Assembly: GCF_030684315.1 (NCBI RefSeq) | Contig: NC_081388.1 | Location: forward strand, 23,419,015 to 23,483,014 | Length of the DNA stretch: 64,000 nt | Source: Stegostoma tigrinum | Taxonomy: Eukaryota | Direction: 5' to 3' | Part shown: piece by piece, positions 13,005 through 24,228 of the stretch | Layout: the number at the start of each line of letters is the position of its first letter | Position numbering within the stretch: the first letter of the stretch is position 1 | Notes under the pieces: model-generated | Told to the model about the DNA's origin: nothing | What the model saw: only the letters and a program-made list of their open reading frames with translations | The model's database searches: none | Program-made: the position numbers and the translations under genes

Positions 13005-14130
13005 ACAGTCATAGAGTAATACTGCATGGAAACAGGCCCTTCAGCCCAAACTGATCCATGCTGGCCATACCACCCACTCAGCTGACCCTTCCCATCCATG
13101 TACCTATCTAAACGTTGCTATTGTCTCTGCCTCAACCACTTTCTGTGGCAGCCCATTCCATATACGCACCACCCACTACATGAAGAAGTTGCCCCTCAGG
13201 TCCTTCTTAAATCTTTCTCCTCTTACTTTAAATCTGTGCCCTCTAGTTTTCAACTCCCCATCCCTGGGAAAGGGACAATATGCATTCATCTTCTTTACCC
13301 TCAGATTTTATACACCTCAATAAGGTCACCCCTCATTCTGCTACGTTCCATGAAATGAAGTCCTATCCTGAACAACCCTATCCTGGAGACCTAGTGGTAA
13401 TACCACTGGCATGTTAATACAGAGACCCAGATAATGTTCGAGGGACCTGGGTTCAAATCCTGCCATGGCAGGTGGTAGAATTTAAATTCAATAAATATCT
13501 GGAATTAAGCGTGTAATGGTGACCATGAATCCGTTGTTGATTGTTGAAAAAACCCACCCGGTTCACTAATGTCCTTTGGGGAAGGAAACTGCCATCCTTA
13601 CCTGGTCTGGCCTACATGTGACTGCAGACCCACAGCAATGTGGTTGATTCTTAACTGCCCTCTGGGCAATTAAGGATGGGCAATAAACGCTGTCCAGCCA
13701 GTGACTCCCTCATCCTGTGAATGAAAAAAGGAAAAGAAAACCTCTCCCTATAACTCAGGCCTACTAATCCTGGCAACGTCCTTGTAAATCTTCTGTGCCC
13801 ACTTTCTAGTTTAATTCCGTATTTCCTATAACAGGGTGACCAAAACTGTACACAATACACCAAGTGCAGCCTCACCAACACCTTATACAACTGTAACATA
13901 GGGTCCCAACTCCACCACTCAACCAGTGAAGGCCAGCCTGCTAAACGCCTCCTTCACCACCCTATCCACCCATCACACTGCTTGCACCATTCGTGTGCTT
14001 GTACACCTGCATCCCTGTGTTCCACGCCATTCCTCGGGGCCTTACCATTTACTGTATAACTCCTACCTTGGTTTGACTTTCCAATCTGCAGCACCTCACA
14101 GTTATCTGTATCGAGCTGCATTTGACTGAC
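13005..14130 (-). mobile_element. CR1 LINE 3' fragment interrupted by a SINE
   Basis: ORF 13651-13899 LQLYKVLVRLHLVYCVQFWSP matches the CR1 ORF2 C-terminus. Confidence 0.85.
13383..13730 (+). mobile_element. tRNA-derived SINE (Deu-domain/SacSINE1-like)
   Basis: A-box-like head, B box gggttcaaatcc, core ggttcactaatgtcc...gaaggaaactgcc...; at least seven copies in the window; family name from recall. Confidence 0.75.
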
Positions 14131-14589
14131 TTCTGTTAAGTGGCCCCTCATAATGTTGGACACCTCAATTACATTTCCTTTCAGCCTCTCTCCTCCAAAG
14201 AAAATCATCACAATCTGTTGAATATCTCTTCATATTTACAACTCTCCAGTCTCGGCAACTCCCTGTAAATCCCCTCTGATCACTCTTGAATGCCACCTTG
14301 TGTTTCTCAAATTGTCAACTGTTGTGACAAAAGCTGTACACAGTACTCACTGCTCGCTTCTGCCTCTTTCCAAAAATCCACAAACAGGACAGTGCCAGCA
14401 GCACCATTGTTCCAGCTTGCTCCTGCCCCACACAACTCATCTCTTCCTACCTTGACCCAGTCTTTTCTCCCTCTTCGAGTCCCTGCCCATTTCATCAGAT
14501 GTCATTCTGCCACCTTCAGTGAGATGCCACCACCAGACACATATTTCCCTAACCCCCTCTTGTCCTGCAGACCAGGGAGGTGCAGTTGT

Positions 14590-16900
14590 AGTATGACGCA
14601 CTGACCTTTACATCACAGAGGCCAGACGCCAGCTCTCTGACACCTCCTCCTATCTCCCCCGGATCATGACCCCAACCCCAACCACCAAACCATCATCTCC
14701 CAAACCATCCACAACCTCATCGCCTCAGGTGACCTCCTACCCACAGCCTCCAACCTCATCTTTCCCAACCCCGCAACACCAGCTTCTATCTCTTTCCCAA
14801 AATCCACAAGCCTGCCTGCCCTGGTCAACCCATTGTCTCCACCTGCTTCTGCCCCATTGAACTCATCTCCACCTGTCTCGACTCCATTTTCTCCCCCTTG
14901 GTCCTGGAACTCCCTGCTTATGCCCATGACACCACCCACACCCTCCACCTTGTCCAAGACTTCCAATTCCCCGGTCCCCAACACCTCGTTTTCACCATGG
15001 GCGTCCAGTCCCCATACGCCTGCATTCCTCATTCAGCTGGCCTAAAGGCCCTCCGCTTCTTCCTGTCCCACAGACCCGACCAGTCCCCCTCCACTGACAC
15101 CCTTATCCGCCTAGCCGAACCCGTCTTCACCCTCAACAACTTCTCTTTCGATTCCTCCCACTTCCTACAGACTAAGGGGGTGGCCATGGGTACCTGCATG
15201 GGCCCCAGCTATGCCTGCCTCTTTGTAGGTTACGTGGAACAGTCCCTCTTCTGCACCTACACAGGCCCCAAACCCCACCTCTTCCGGTACATTGATGACT
15301 GTATCGGCGCCGCCTCTTGCTCCCACGAGGAGCTTGAACAGTTCATCGACTTCACTAACACCTTCCACTTCAATCTCAAGTTCACTGGAAGCATCTGATT
15401 CCTCCCTCACCTTCCTGGACCTCTCTGTCTCCATTTCTGGTAACTGCTCTGAAACTGATATCTGTATCAAGATAACAACGTGTGGAGCTGGATGAACACA
15501 ACAGGACAAGCAGCATCTCAGGAGCACAAAAGCTGACGCTTCGGGCCTAGACCCTTATATCAAGTCTACCAACTCCCACAGCTACCTGGAATACACCTCG
15601 TCCCACCCTCCTACCTGCAAGAATGCCATCCCCTATTCCCAATTCCTTTGCCTCCACCGCATTTGCTCCCAGGATGAGGCATTCCGCTCCTGCACATCGC
15701 AGATGTCCTCATATTTCAAGGACCGCAACACCCCCCCCCCCCCCCCCCACCCCCCGCAGTGGTCAAAAATATCCATCACTGTCTTTGTTGTGTTTGCTGC
15801 ACCTCGGCCCTCACACGCCCAATAAAAACAGAATTCCCTTTGTCCTCATGTATCACCCCATTAACCTCTGGATTCAACGCACCATTCTCTGCCACTTCCA
15901 CCACCTACAATCTGACCCCACCACCAAGGATATATTTCCCTCCCTGTCCTTATCTGCCTTCCAGAGGGACCACTCTCTCCGCTCCACTGTCCGCTCCACA
16001 CTCCCCTCCAACCCTCCCACCCTCGGCACTTTTCCCCACAGCCGCAGGAAGTGCTACACTTGCCCCCACACCTCCTCCCTCACCCCATCCCAGGCCCCAA
16101 GAAGACTTTACACATCAAGCAGAGGTTCACCTGCACATCCGCCAATATGGTATACTGCATTCGCTGTACCCGTTGTGGCTCCCTCTACATTGGGGAAACC
16201 AAGCGGAGGCTTGGGGACCGCTTTGCAGAACACCTACACTCGGTTCATGACAAACAATAACACCTGCCCATTTACCTCCTCCCAGAGTAGTATCCAAGGG
16301 TCCAAACATACCTTCCAGGTGAAGCAACACCAGAATCTAGTTTACTGCATTCACTGCTCACAATGTGGGGTCTCTTCTACATTGGGGAAACAATGACCGC
16401 TTCACAGAACATCTACATTCTGCTCACAAAAAAGACCCTGAGCTTCCTGTTGCTTGCCACTTTCATGCACCACCGTGTTCCCTGACCAACATCTCTGTCT
16501 CTGGCTTGAGGCAGTCTTCCAGTGTCGCTCAATGCAAGCAGGAATAACAGCATCTCATTTTCCTCTTGGGGACCCTGCAGCCCTCTGGATTCAATATCGA
16601 GTTCAATACCTTTAGGGTCTAACTCTCCCATGTCCTCGGCCCATACCCCACACACCAGGTCTTGTTATCACATAGCCTGCCATTACACACTACCTATTGT
16701 TGGCCACTAACAGTCTCTATTAACAATTATTCACCCTCCCAGCCAATTATTATAAACTCCTTTGTCTATCCATGTGCTATTCTATCTCTTTGGGCTCTAT
16801 CCCCACCTGTTGTTTAATCCTGATCCCCTCTCCTCTCCCTATTTTCTGCATATCAACCTATATTTTCCCAGCAACCATCCAGTCTGAGGAAGGACCACCA
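14590..16900 (+). mobile_element. Penelope-like retroelement(s): degenerate RT plus GIY-YIG, with an inverted terminal fragment at about 15470-15557
   Basis: GVAMGTCMGPSYACLF, FRYIDD, VYCIRCTRCGSLYIGETKRRLGDRFAEH. Confidence 0.9.
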
Positions 16901-16989
16901 TTAACTCTGATTTCTGTTTTTAGATGCTGCAAGATTCGCTGAGATTTTCCAGCAATTTCTGCTTTTGTTTCTGCAATCCATAATGTTGT

Positions 16990-17375
16990 TTATTCATTCA
17001 AAGTGATGTGGGTCAGCATTTACTGCCCATTCCTAATTGCCTGGAGGGCAGTTAAGACTCAACCACATTGCTGTGGGTCTGGATGCACATTTAGACCAGG
17101 CTAGGTAAAGATGGCAGTTTCCTTTCTAAAGAGCATTAGTGAACCAGAAGGGGTATTCTGACAATTGACAATGGATTCACAGTCATCATCAGAGTCTTAA
17201 CTCCACATTTTTCTTTAACTGAATTCAAATTCCACCATCTGCCATGGATTCAACCCCAGGTCAGTGTTTGGCTGAATTCGCTGGGTGTTTGGCTGAATTC
17301 GCTGGGTGGTTGGATGAATTCACTGAGTGGTTGGATGAATTATTTAGTGATCGTACCACTGGACAATTGCTCACC
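16990..17375 (-). mobile_element. tRNA-derived SINE copy
   Basis: Reverse complement of the 13383-13730 family; contains a short 21-bp internal tandem repeat. Confidence 0.75.
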
Positions 17376-17795
17376 TCAAGGTCTCTCTGGTGATTTTATT
17401 TCCAGCTGATACTGTCACACGGGAAAGGTTGCTCTCTTGAATGGGAAAGAAAACTTTTGCTTGCCATAAATGACCAGCCTGTAATTAGTTGTTTTATATC
17501 CAGGCAAATTGAAAATGTAACCCAGTTAAAGATACAGCTCAGAACCTCCCCTCCTTTCCAAGAGCTCTAACAATGCACACGGCGAGAGATCATGATGACC
17601 GTGAAACAGAGCGAAAGATATGGATCAGATTTTAGCCAACTGATGTTATGAATTCACCAATTCACAAGGATTGATTTGAGTTATATGAATGATGCAGATC
17701 TCTGTACACTCGACTATTTTTATTTCATTTCTGCGTTCCTTAATTAGTTAAATAGAAGTCTAAAACAAAGCCAGAGTTTAACTTCCTGATAAACT

Positions 17796-17806
17796 GAAAC
17801 TGAAAC
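17796..17806 (+). promoter_or_regulatory. ISRE/IRF-like motif in gene A intron 1
   Basis: GAAACTGAAAC matches GAAANNGAAA; ETS-like cores nearby. Confidence 0.35.
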
Positions 17807-17958
17807 AATTTATATATCAGGAAATCAGGAACGGAGAAATTATTATGGGAAAAGCGAACAAAGTTATCCTTTTTACTGCACTGAAGTAGTAAACATATCA
17901 TAATACTACTTCAGTCTATGTAAATAGTTAGACATATATTTAAAAATTCTTTACTTGC

Positions 17959-18028
17959 CTGAAACGGCGAAGAGTAACGTGAAAATCCAAATACACGCTG
18001 CAGTTAAAAATAGTCGAGAATCCATCAT
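17959..18028 (-). CDS. ICAM/VCAM-like gene A, signal peptide exon with GC donor
   Basis: MMDSRLFLTAACIWIFTLLFAVS plus 1 nt, phase 1 joining the D1 exon (G|CC); donor CAG|gcaagt. Confidence 0.8.
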
Positions 18029-18222
18029 TATTATAGAAATAATAATTTCTATAATTTAAAATTTTAAAATAATCTGGAGTCACAATAACTTTAAAAGTTT
18101 CGGAATTTTGAGACTTTAACTAAACCTAGAGAAACCTGCTGTCATTTCAAACTAACTGAGAAACTGTTAGTCCATTTATCATTTGACAATTCTTCCGGTT
18201 ACAAGTCAAGTCGCGGAACGTG

Positions 18223-18232
18223 GGGGATTTCC
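18223..18232 (+). promoter_or_regulatory. NF-kB site upstream of gene A
   Basis: GGGGATTTCC fits GGGRNNYYCC, about 195 bp upstream of the ATG; ETS-like cores on both sides. Confidence 0.6.
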
Positions 18233-19016
18233 ACTCCCAGTCTTCCTTTATATCACTTCCACAAAGGCCCGACACATCTTTTGTTTCTCTTTACATAATG
18301 CTGAATAATTCTGAAATGTTCCGGTGGTTCTCTCGGCTCAGTCCCGGAGGATTGACGATGAAATGCTCCCACACTCCAACTGATCGATTCCAAGGGGCTG
18401 CTGATCGAAGTGGCCCCCACATTGGAGGCGGCCAGGGCTAGGGGTGCAGCGAATCGAGTTGTTGCGAGATGCAGTGACCATGAGACCCTGGGAAGTTCAT
18501 CAACCAGTATATGCTCGGCAAGCTCCAGCAGACTGTAATGTGATCGTGTCAGATCATCTGCTTTTGCTGATGGTGACTGATTGAGAACCATTGACGAGAA
18601 CATCTTGAAAATATTGTGGTGCCTAAGATTGAGTTTTGACTCCCATCTCAATCAGCACATGGTAGCTCAGATTAACAGGGCCCCTGCAGTGCAACGTTCC
18701 CCAAGACTGCACTGGCCTTTTCACTGTCCCTGCCGTGCCTCAGTGTTCAAGTGGGGTTTGAAGCGGGAACTTGTCACAACAGGTGAAGCCAGTCAGCGGG
18801 AGACGGTAAGATCTCCAACGGCTTGTGTCAACCACATTCAAACTGGCTTCACGAACACGACCCCGAGCTTTCTCCAGTGGAATTTCACGTTGCCATCCCG
18901 GGCCTTCCGGCTCCAGCTTCTGTATCACTGAAACCGCAAACAGAACCTCCTGCCCCTGGCGGGACTGTCGCTCGTGGCGGACATCCTCAGCTTTCGGCAC
19001 AAATGGATGGAGGATT

Positions 19017-21568
19017 ATACTGGAACCCAGCCTCCCCATCCCAGCACACACTCTCTGTGGGTCTCTACTGGAACCCAGCCTCCCCTTCCCAGCACACACT
19101 CTGTGTTGGGCTCCACTGGAACCCAGCCTGCCCATCCCAGCACACACTCTCTGTGTGGCTCTACTGGAACCCAGCCTCCCCATCACAGAACACACTCTCT
19201 ATGGGGCTCTACTGGAACCCAGCCTCCCCATCCCAGCACACACTCTCTGTGGGGGTCTACAGGAACCCAGCCTCCCCATCCCATCACACACTCAATGTGG
19301 GGCTCTACTGGAACCCAGCCTCCCCTTCCCATCACACACTCTCTGCGGGTCTCTACTGGAAACCAGCCTCCCCTTCCCATCACACACTAACTGTGGGGCT
19401 GTACTGGAACCCAGCCTCCCCTTCCCATCACACACTCAATGTGGGGCTCTACTCGAACCCAGCCTCCCCTTCCCATCACACACTCTCTGTGGGGCTCTAC
19501 AGGAACCCAGCCTCCCCATCCCATCACACACTCAATGTGGGTCTCTACTGGAACCGAGCCTCCGCTTCCCATCATCACTCAATGTGGGGCTCTACTGGAA
19601 CCCAGCCTCCCCATCCCAGCACACACTCTCGATGGGTCTCTACTGGAACCCAGCCTCCCCTTCCCATCACACACTCTCTGTGGGTCTCTACTGGAACCCA
19701 GCCTCCCCTTCCCATCACACACTCTCTGTGGGGCTCTACTGGAACGCAGCCTCCCCTTCCCATCACACACTCAATGTGGGGCTCTACTCGAACCCAGCCT
19801 CCCCTCCCCATCACACACTCAATGTGTGCCTCTACTGGAACCCAGCGTCACCTTGCCATCACACACTCTCTGTGGGCCTCTACTGGAACCCAGCCTCCCC
19901 TTCCCATCACACACTCTCTGTGGGGCTCTACTAGAACCCAGCCTCCCCATCCCATCACACACTCTCTGTGGGTCTCTACTGGAACCCAGCCTCCCCATCC
20001 CATCACACACTCTCTGTGGGTCTCTACTGGAACCCAGCCTCCCTTCCCATCACATACTCAATTTGGGGCTCTACTGGAACCCAGCCTCCCCTTCCCATCA
20101 CACACTCAGTGTGGGGCTCTACTGGAACCCAGCCTCGCCATCCCATCACACACCCTCTGTGGGTCTCTACTGGAACCCAACCTCCCCATCCCATCACACA
20201 CTCAATGTGTGCCTCTACTGGAACCCAGCATCACCTTGCCATCACACACTCTCTGTGGGCCTCTACTGGATCCCAGCCTCCCCTTCCCATCACACACTCT
20301 CTGTGGGGCTCTCCTGGAACCCAGCCTCACCTTCCCATCACACTCTCACTGTGGGGCTCTCCTGGAACCCAGCCTCACCTTCCCATCACACACTCACTGT
20401 GGGGCTCTCCTGGAACCCAGCCTCACCTTCCCATCACACACTCACTGTGGGTCTCTACTGGAATCCAGCCTCCCCTTCCCATCACACTCTCACCGTGGGG
20501 CTGTACAGGAACCCAGCCTCCCCTTTCCATCACACACCAATGTGGGTCTCTACTGGAACCCAGCCTCCCCATCCCAACACACACTCAATGTGGGTCTCTA
20601 CTGGAACCCAGCCTCCCCATCCCATCATCACTCAATGTGGGCCTCTACTGGAACCCAGCCTCCCCTTCCCATCACACACTCTCTGTGGGGATCTACTGGA
20701 ACCCAGCCTCGCCATCCCATCACACTCTCACCGTGGGGCTGTACAGGAACCCAGCCTCCCCTTCCCATCACACACCAATGTGGGGCTCTACTGGAACCCA
20801 GCCTCCCCATCCCAACACACACTCAATGTGGGTCTCTACTGGAACCCAGCCTCCCCATCCCATCATCAGTCAATGTGGGCCTCTACTGGAACCCAGCCTC
20901 CCCTTCCCATCACACACTCTCTGTGGGTCTCTACTGGAACCCAGCCTCCCCTTCCCATCACACACTCTCTGTGGGGATCTACTGGAACCCAGCCTCGCCA
21001 TCCCATCACACTCTCACCGTGGGGCTGTACAGGAACCCAGCCTCCCCTTCCCATCACACACCAATGTGGGGCTCTACTGGAACCCAGCCTCCCCATCCCA
21101 ACACACACTCAATGTGGGTCTCTACTGGAACCCAGCCTCCCCTTCCCATCACACACTCTCTGTGGGTCTCTACTGGAACCCAGCCTCCCCTTCCCATCAC
21201 ACACTCACTGTGGGGATCTACTGGAACCCAGCCTCCCCTTCCCATCACACACTCTCTGTGGGGATCTACTGGAACCCAGCCTCGCCATCCCATCACACTC
21301 TCACCGTGGGGCTGTACAGGAACCCAGCCTCCCCTTCCCATCACACACCAATGTGGGGCTCTACTGGAACCCAGCCTCCCCATCCCAACACACACTCAAT
21401 GTGGGTCTCTACTGGAACCCAGCCTCCCCATCCCATCATCACTCAATGTGGGCCTCTACTGGAACCCAGCCTCCCCTTCCCATCACACACTCTCTGTGGG
21501 TCTCTACTGGAACCCAGCCTCCCCTTCCCATCACACACTCTCTGTGGGCCTCTACTGGAACCCAGCCT
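19017..21568. repeat. 48-bp minisatellite, about 53 copies
   Basis: Unit ctactggaacccagcctcccc(a/t)tcccatcacacactctctgtggg(g/t)ct, with 46-47 bp variants. Confidence 0.98.
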
Positions 21569-22559
21569 GTTCAAATATTCATCCACTCGCTGTTCGAAAA
21601 AAATCCATTGAATCTCTTTCACTTTCCTTTCAGGCCCCATGATCCCGGTGACAGCCGCTGGCAATCTGTGAGCAGATCTCCACAACTTCTTTCACCAATA
21701 ATCGTCCTTGTTTGCTTTTTGATTTTCAGGTTCTGTTACTGTAATGGCCAACTTTAGCCAGTGACTGCCTGTTGGTGATTTTCGGATCGTTCATTCAGTA
21801 CATGGCCAAGCGGCAGTTTGCGATGTGGCATTTTGTGTACTTTGACAAGGAAGAAATGTATAGCCTGTGACAGATGAGTTACACTTTAGTGATGCGAAAC
21901 CTGCCCTGGGGCGTGGAGACTTGGAAAAAGGCAGAGCTTTACACTTTGCCATTGTGGCATGTTTGTCGCTCATGTTTGCTGGTGACAGCTTCTGCTTTCC
22001 TCTTGGGCTGATGTGTGGGAACCACCTGGTCTTCTCTACAGAAAGTTATGGCTTTTGCCGCGGAGCCCTCTCGACCTCACTTCCCACCTATCAGACTTAA
22101 TATTTCTCTTGTGGGGCTGATAATCTATTCTGTATCCATCAGCTGGCAGAGGTCTTTCAACAAATGGACAGGTGAACTATCAATGACGTTAGGATGACCA
22201 ATATCCTCTTTCCATCTCTCATCTGAAGGTCAGTTGTCATTCTATCTCACACAAGAACCTGCAAATTTCTCCAACAGTCATTGAGAAGAGGGTACAATAT
22301 GCTGCCATGGTGTTAACGCAATGAACAGTGTGACCTCAGTGATCGGATCAGAGTTAGGCGCGAGAACTATTGTGACTCAGAGTTAGAGCTTTCAGTTGTG
22401 ATGTTAGAGGTAGGATTTTAATGGAGCTGTGTAGATATATCTGTAAGAGAGATGTCTTAAAAAGCTGGAAAATCTTGCATTAATGAGAGCCTTTTTCAGA
22501 ATCTCAGAAATTGAAACTGCTGCTGAACAGTTTATCTCGAAACTGTTAACTTTAAAACT

Positions 22560-23690
22560 GATTGATGCAGAGGCATATGGGAGACCCATGCTGTCATATG
22601 TCCGTGTAAAGGTGCTGCCCGTGTACTGGAGTAGACCCTCCGACCCTGTACACACACAAACACCATCTCCATGCTGCAGCTCGATGGTCCTGGTTGGGGG
22701 TAACTTCGGGTGTTGGCCTGAAGGTGGTGGAGATTATATACTTTCCTGCTGGTTCTATAGGTTAGCTCCACTCCTGCAGGGAGCTTGTCGACCATGAGGT
22801 GCAGCATTGCAATGAGACAGTGTTAGGGCGATGACGCAGTCCCGTATGACACCGGTCCAAATGGGGAGTGGGTGGGCAGCGCTGGAGCCTGTTATTGTTC
22901 CCGCTATTTCCATGTCATCGCTGAGCAGGAAAGGGCCAGAGACTAACTTCGTGGTACAACCGAAGTGGAGAAGGACATTTCAAAATGCTTCGCGATTGAT
23001 GTTGTGAAAGGCCTTTGTAAGGTCAAAGGCAGCACCTACAGGGGTAGGTTCTGTTCTCTGCATTTCTCCTGTAGCTGTCACACAGTGAGAATCATGCACA
23101 CTGTGGCCCCTCCATGGCTGAAACACAGAGCATAGGACATTACAGCGCAGTGCAGGCCCTTCGGCCCTCGATGTTGCACCGACCTGTGAAATCAATCTGA
23201 AGCCCATCTAACCCATACCATTCCATTATCATTAGGATTCTCACACTGAGTCTCCCAGGAGGAGTTTCTCAGCCACAGGGACGAGACAGTTCAGGAGGAC
23301 CTTGGCATCAACAGCAGGGAGACTGCCCTGTAGTTGCCCTTTGTTGAAAATGCTCACGACTGTGGCATCTCAGAGCTCTCCTGGGATGTTCTCCTCGTTT
23401 CAGACAAGGCAGACAAGGGCATGGAGCTGCAGCAAGAGCTCTTTACACCTGCACTTCAATGCCTCAGTGGGGGTGGGGTGGGTGGGTGACCGTCTGCTCC
23501 AGCAGTCCTGTTGTTCTTAAGCTGGTGGGCAGCTCTCTCTACTGTGTGCACAGCTGGGGTATTGTTGAACTCATGGTGTGGGATGTCGTCGAAGACACTC
23601 AGATTAACGACAGATCCCTGGTTGAGGGAGTCACTGAAGTTTTCCACCCAGTGTTTGTCTGTGACAGAGGGACTTCCAGGAGTTTAAGCG
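22560..23690 (-). mobile_element. Degenerate RTE-clade LINE RT fragment, with a CR1-type tail inserted at about 23130-23225
   Basis: QLKNNRTAGADG, FDLTKAFHNINRE, KLPAGVELTYRT. Confidence 0.75.
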
Positions 23691-24228
23691 ATCAACATTG
23701 AAGGAATGGTGATATATTTCAAAGTGAAGTTGGTGTGTGGTTTGGAGATAATTTGCAGGGGATAGTGATTCTCAGGCATCTGCTGCCCTTTTCCTTCTAG
23801 AAGGGGGTGATCATGGGCTTCAAAGGTGCGCGTTGCGTACTGTGACTGAGCATCAGTGATGGAGAGAGTGGGTGTTGAAGGTGGCGGATGGGTTCGCAAT
23901 CAAATGCATCCACCCTCCCGAATGGTGGTGATCTTTTTGAGTTTTGTTGGAGCTCACTCACCCAAGTGAACATTCTGTCGTGCAATCACTTGATATCATA
24001 TTTGATCAAATGATGCCTTGATGTCAAGATAAGTCATGTATCTCCTCTTCACTTGCACCCCTGTTGTCAATGCAAGTTTTGAATGTAATTGGAGACAGGT
24101 AGCGTGTCGAGCTGTCAGACCGGGCAGCCTGGTGGTCTCTGAATGGCAGCATGTGAACAGCTGCACTGCCCACCCATGACAGCACTGTCACGCGAAATGG
24201 AGTCAGTCCAATGAAGAGAGGTAGCCAG

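Noticed and set aside
3251-18028. Assigning the symbol VCAM1 or ICAM1
   Set aside because: The family is clear but orthology cannot be determined without phylogeny and synteny
19017-21568. CRISPR-like appearance of regular repeats
   Set aside because: No unique spacers, no cas genes, vertebrate context; it is a minisatellite
18823-21757. Long ORFs (939, 772, 547 aa) in the 48-bp array
   Set aside because: The unit is stop-free in all plus frames and 46-47 bp variants shift between frames; no coding signature
21634-21757. Plus-strand exon with hydrophobic C-terminus (LLSPIIVLVCFLIF)
   Set aside because: No partner exons or homology identified; T-rich sequence gives such peptides by chance
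22090-22440. Possible stalk/TM exon of pseudogene C after a tctcttacag acceptor
   Set aside because: Many stops in every frame and no convincing similarity to the gene B TM exon
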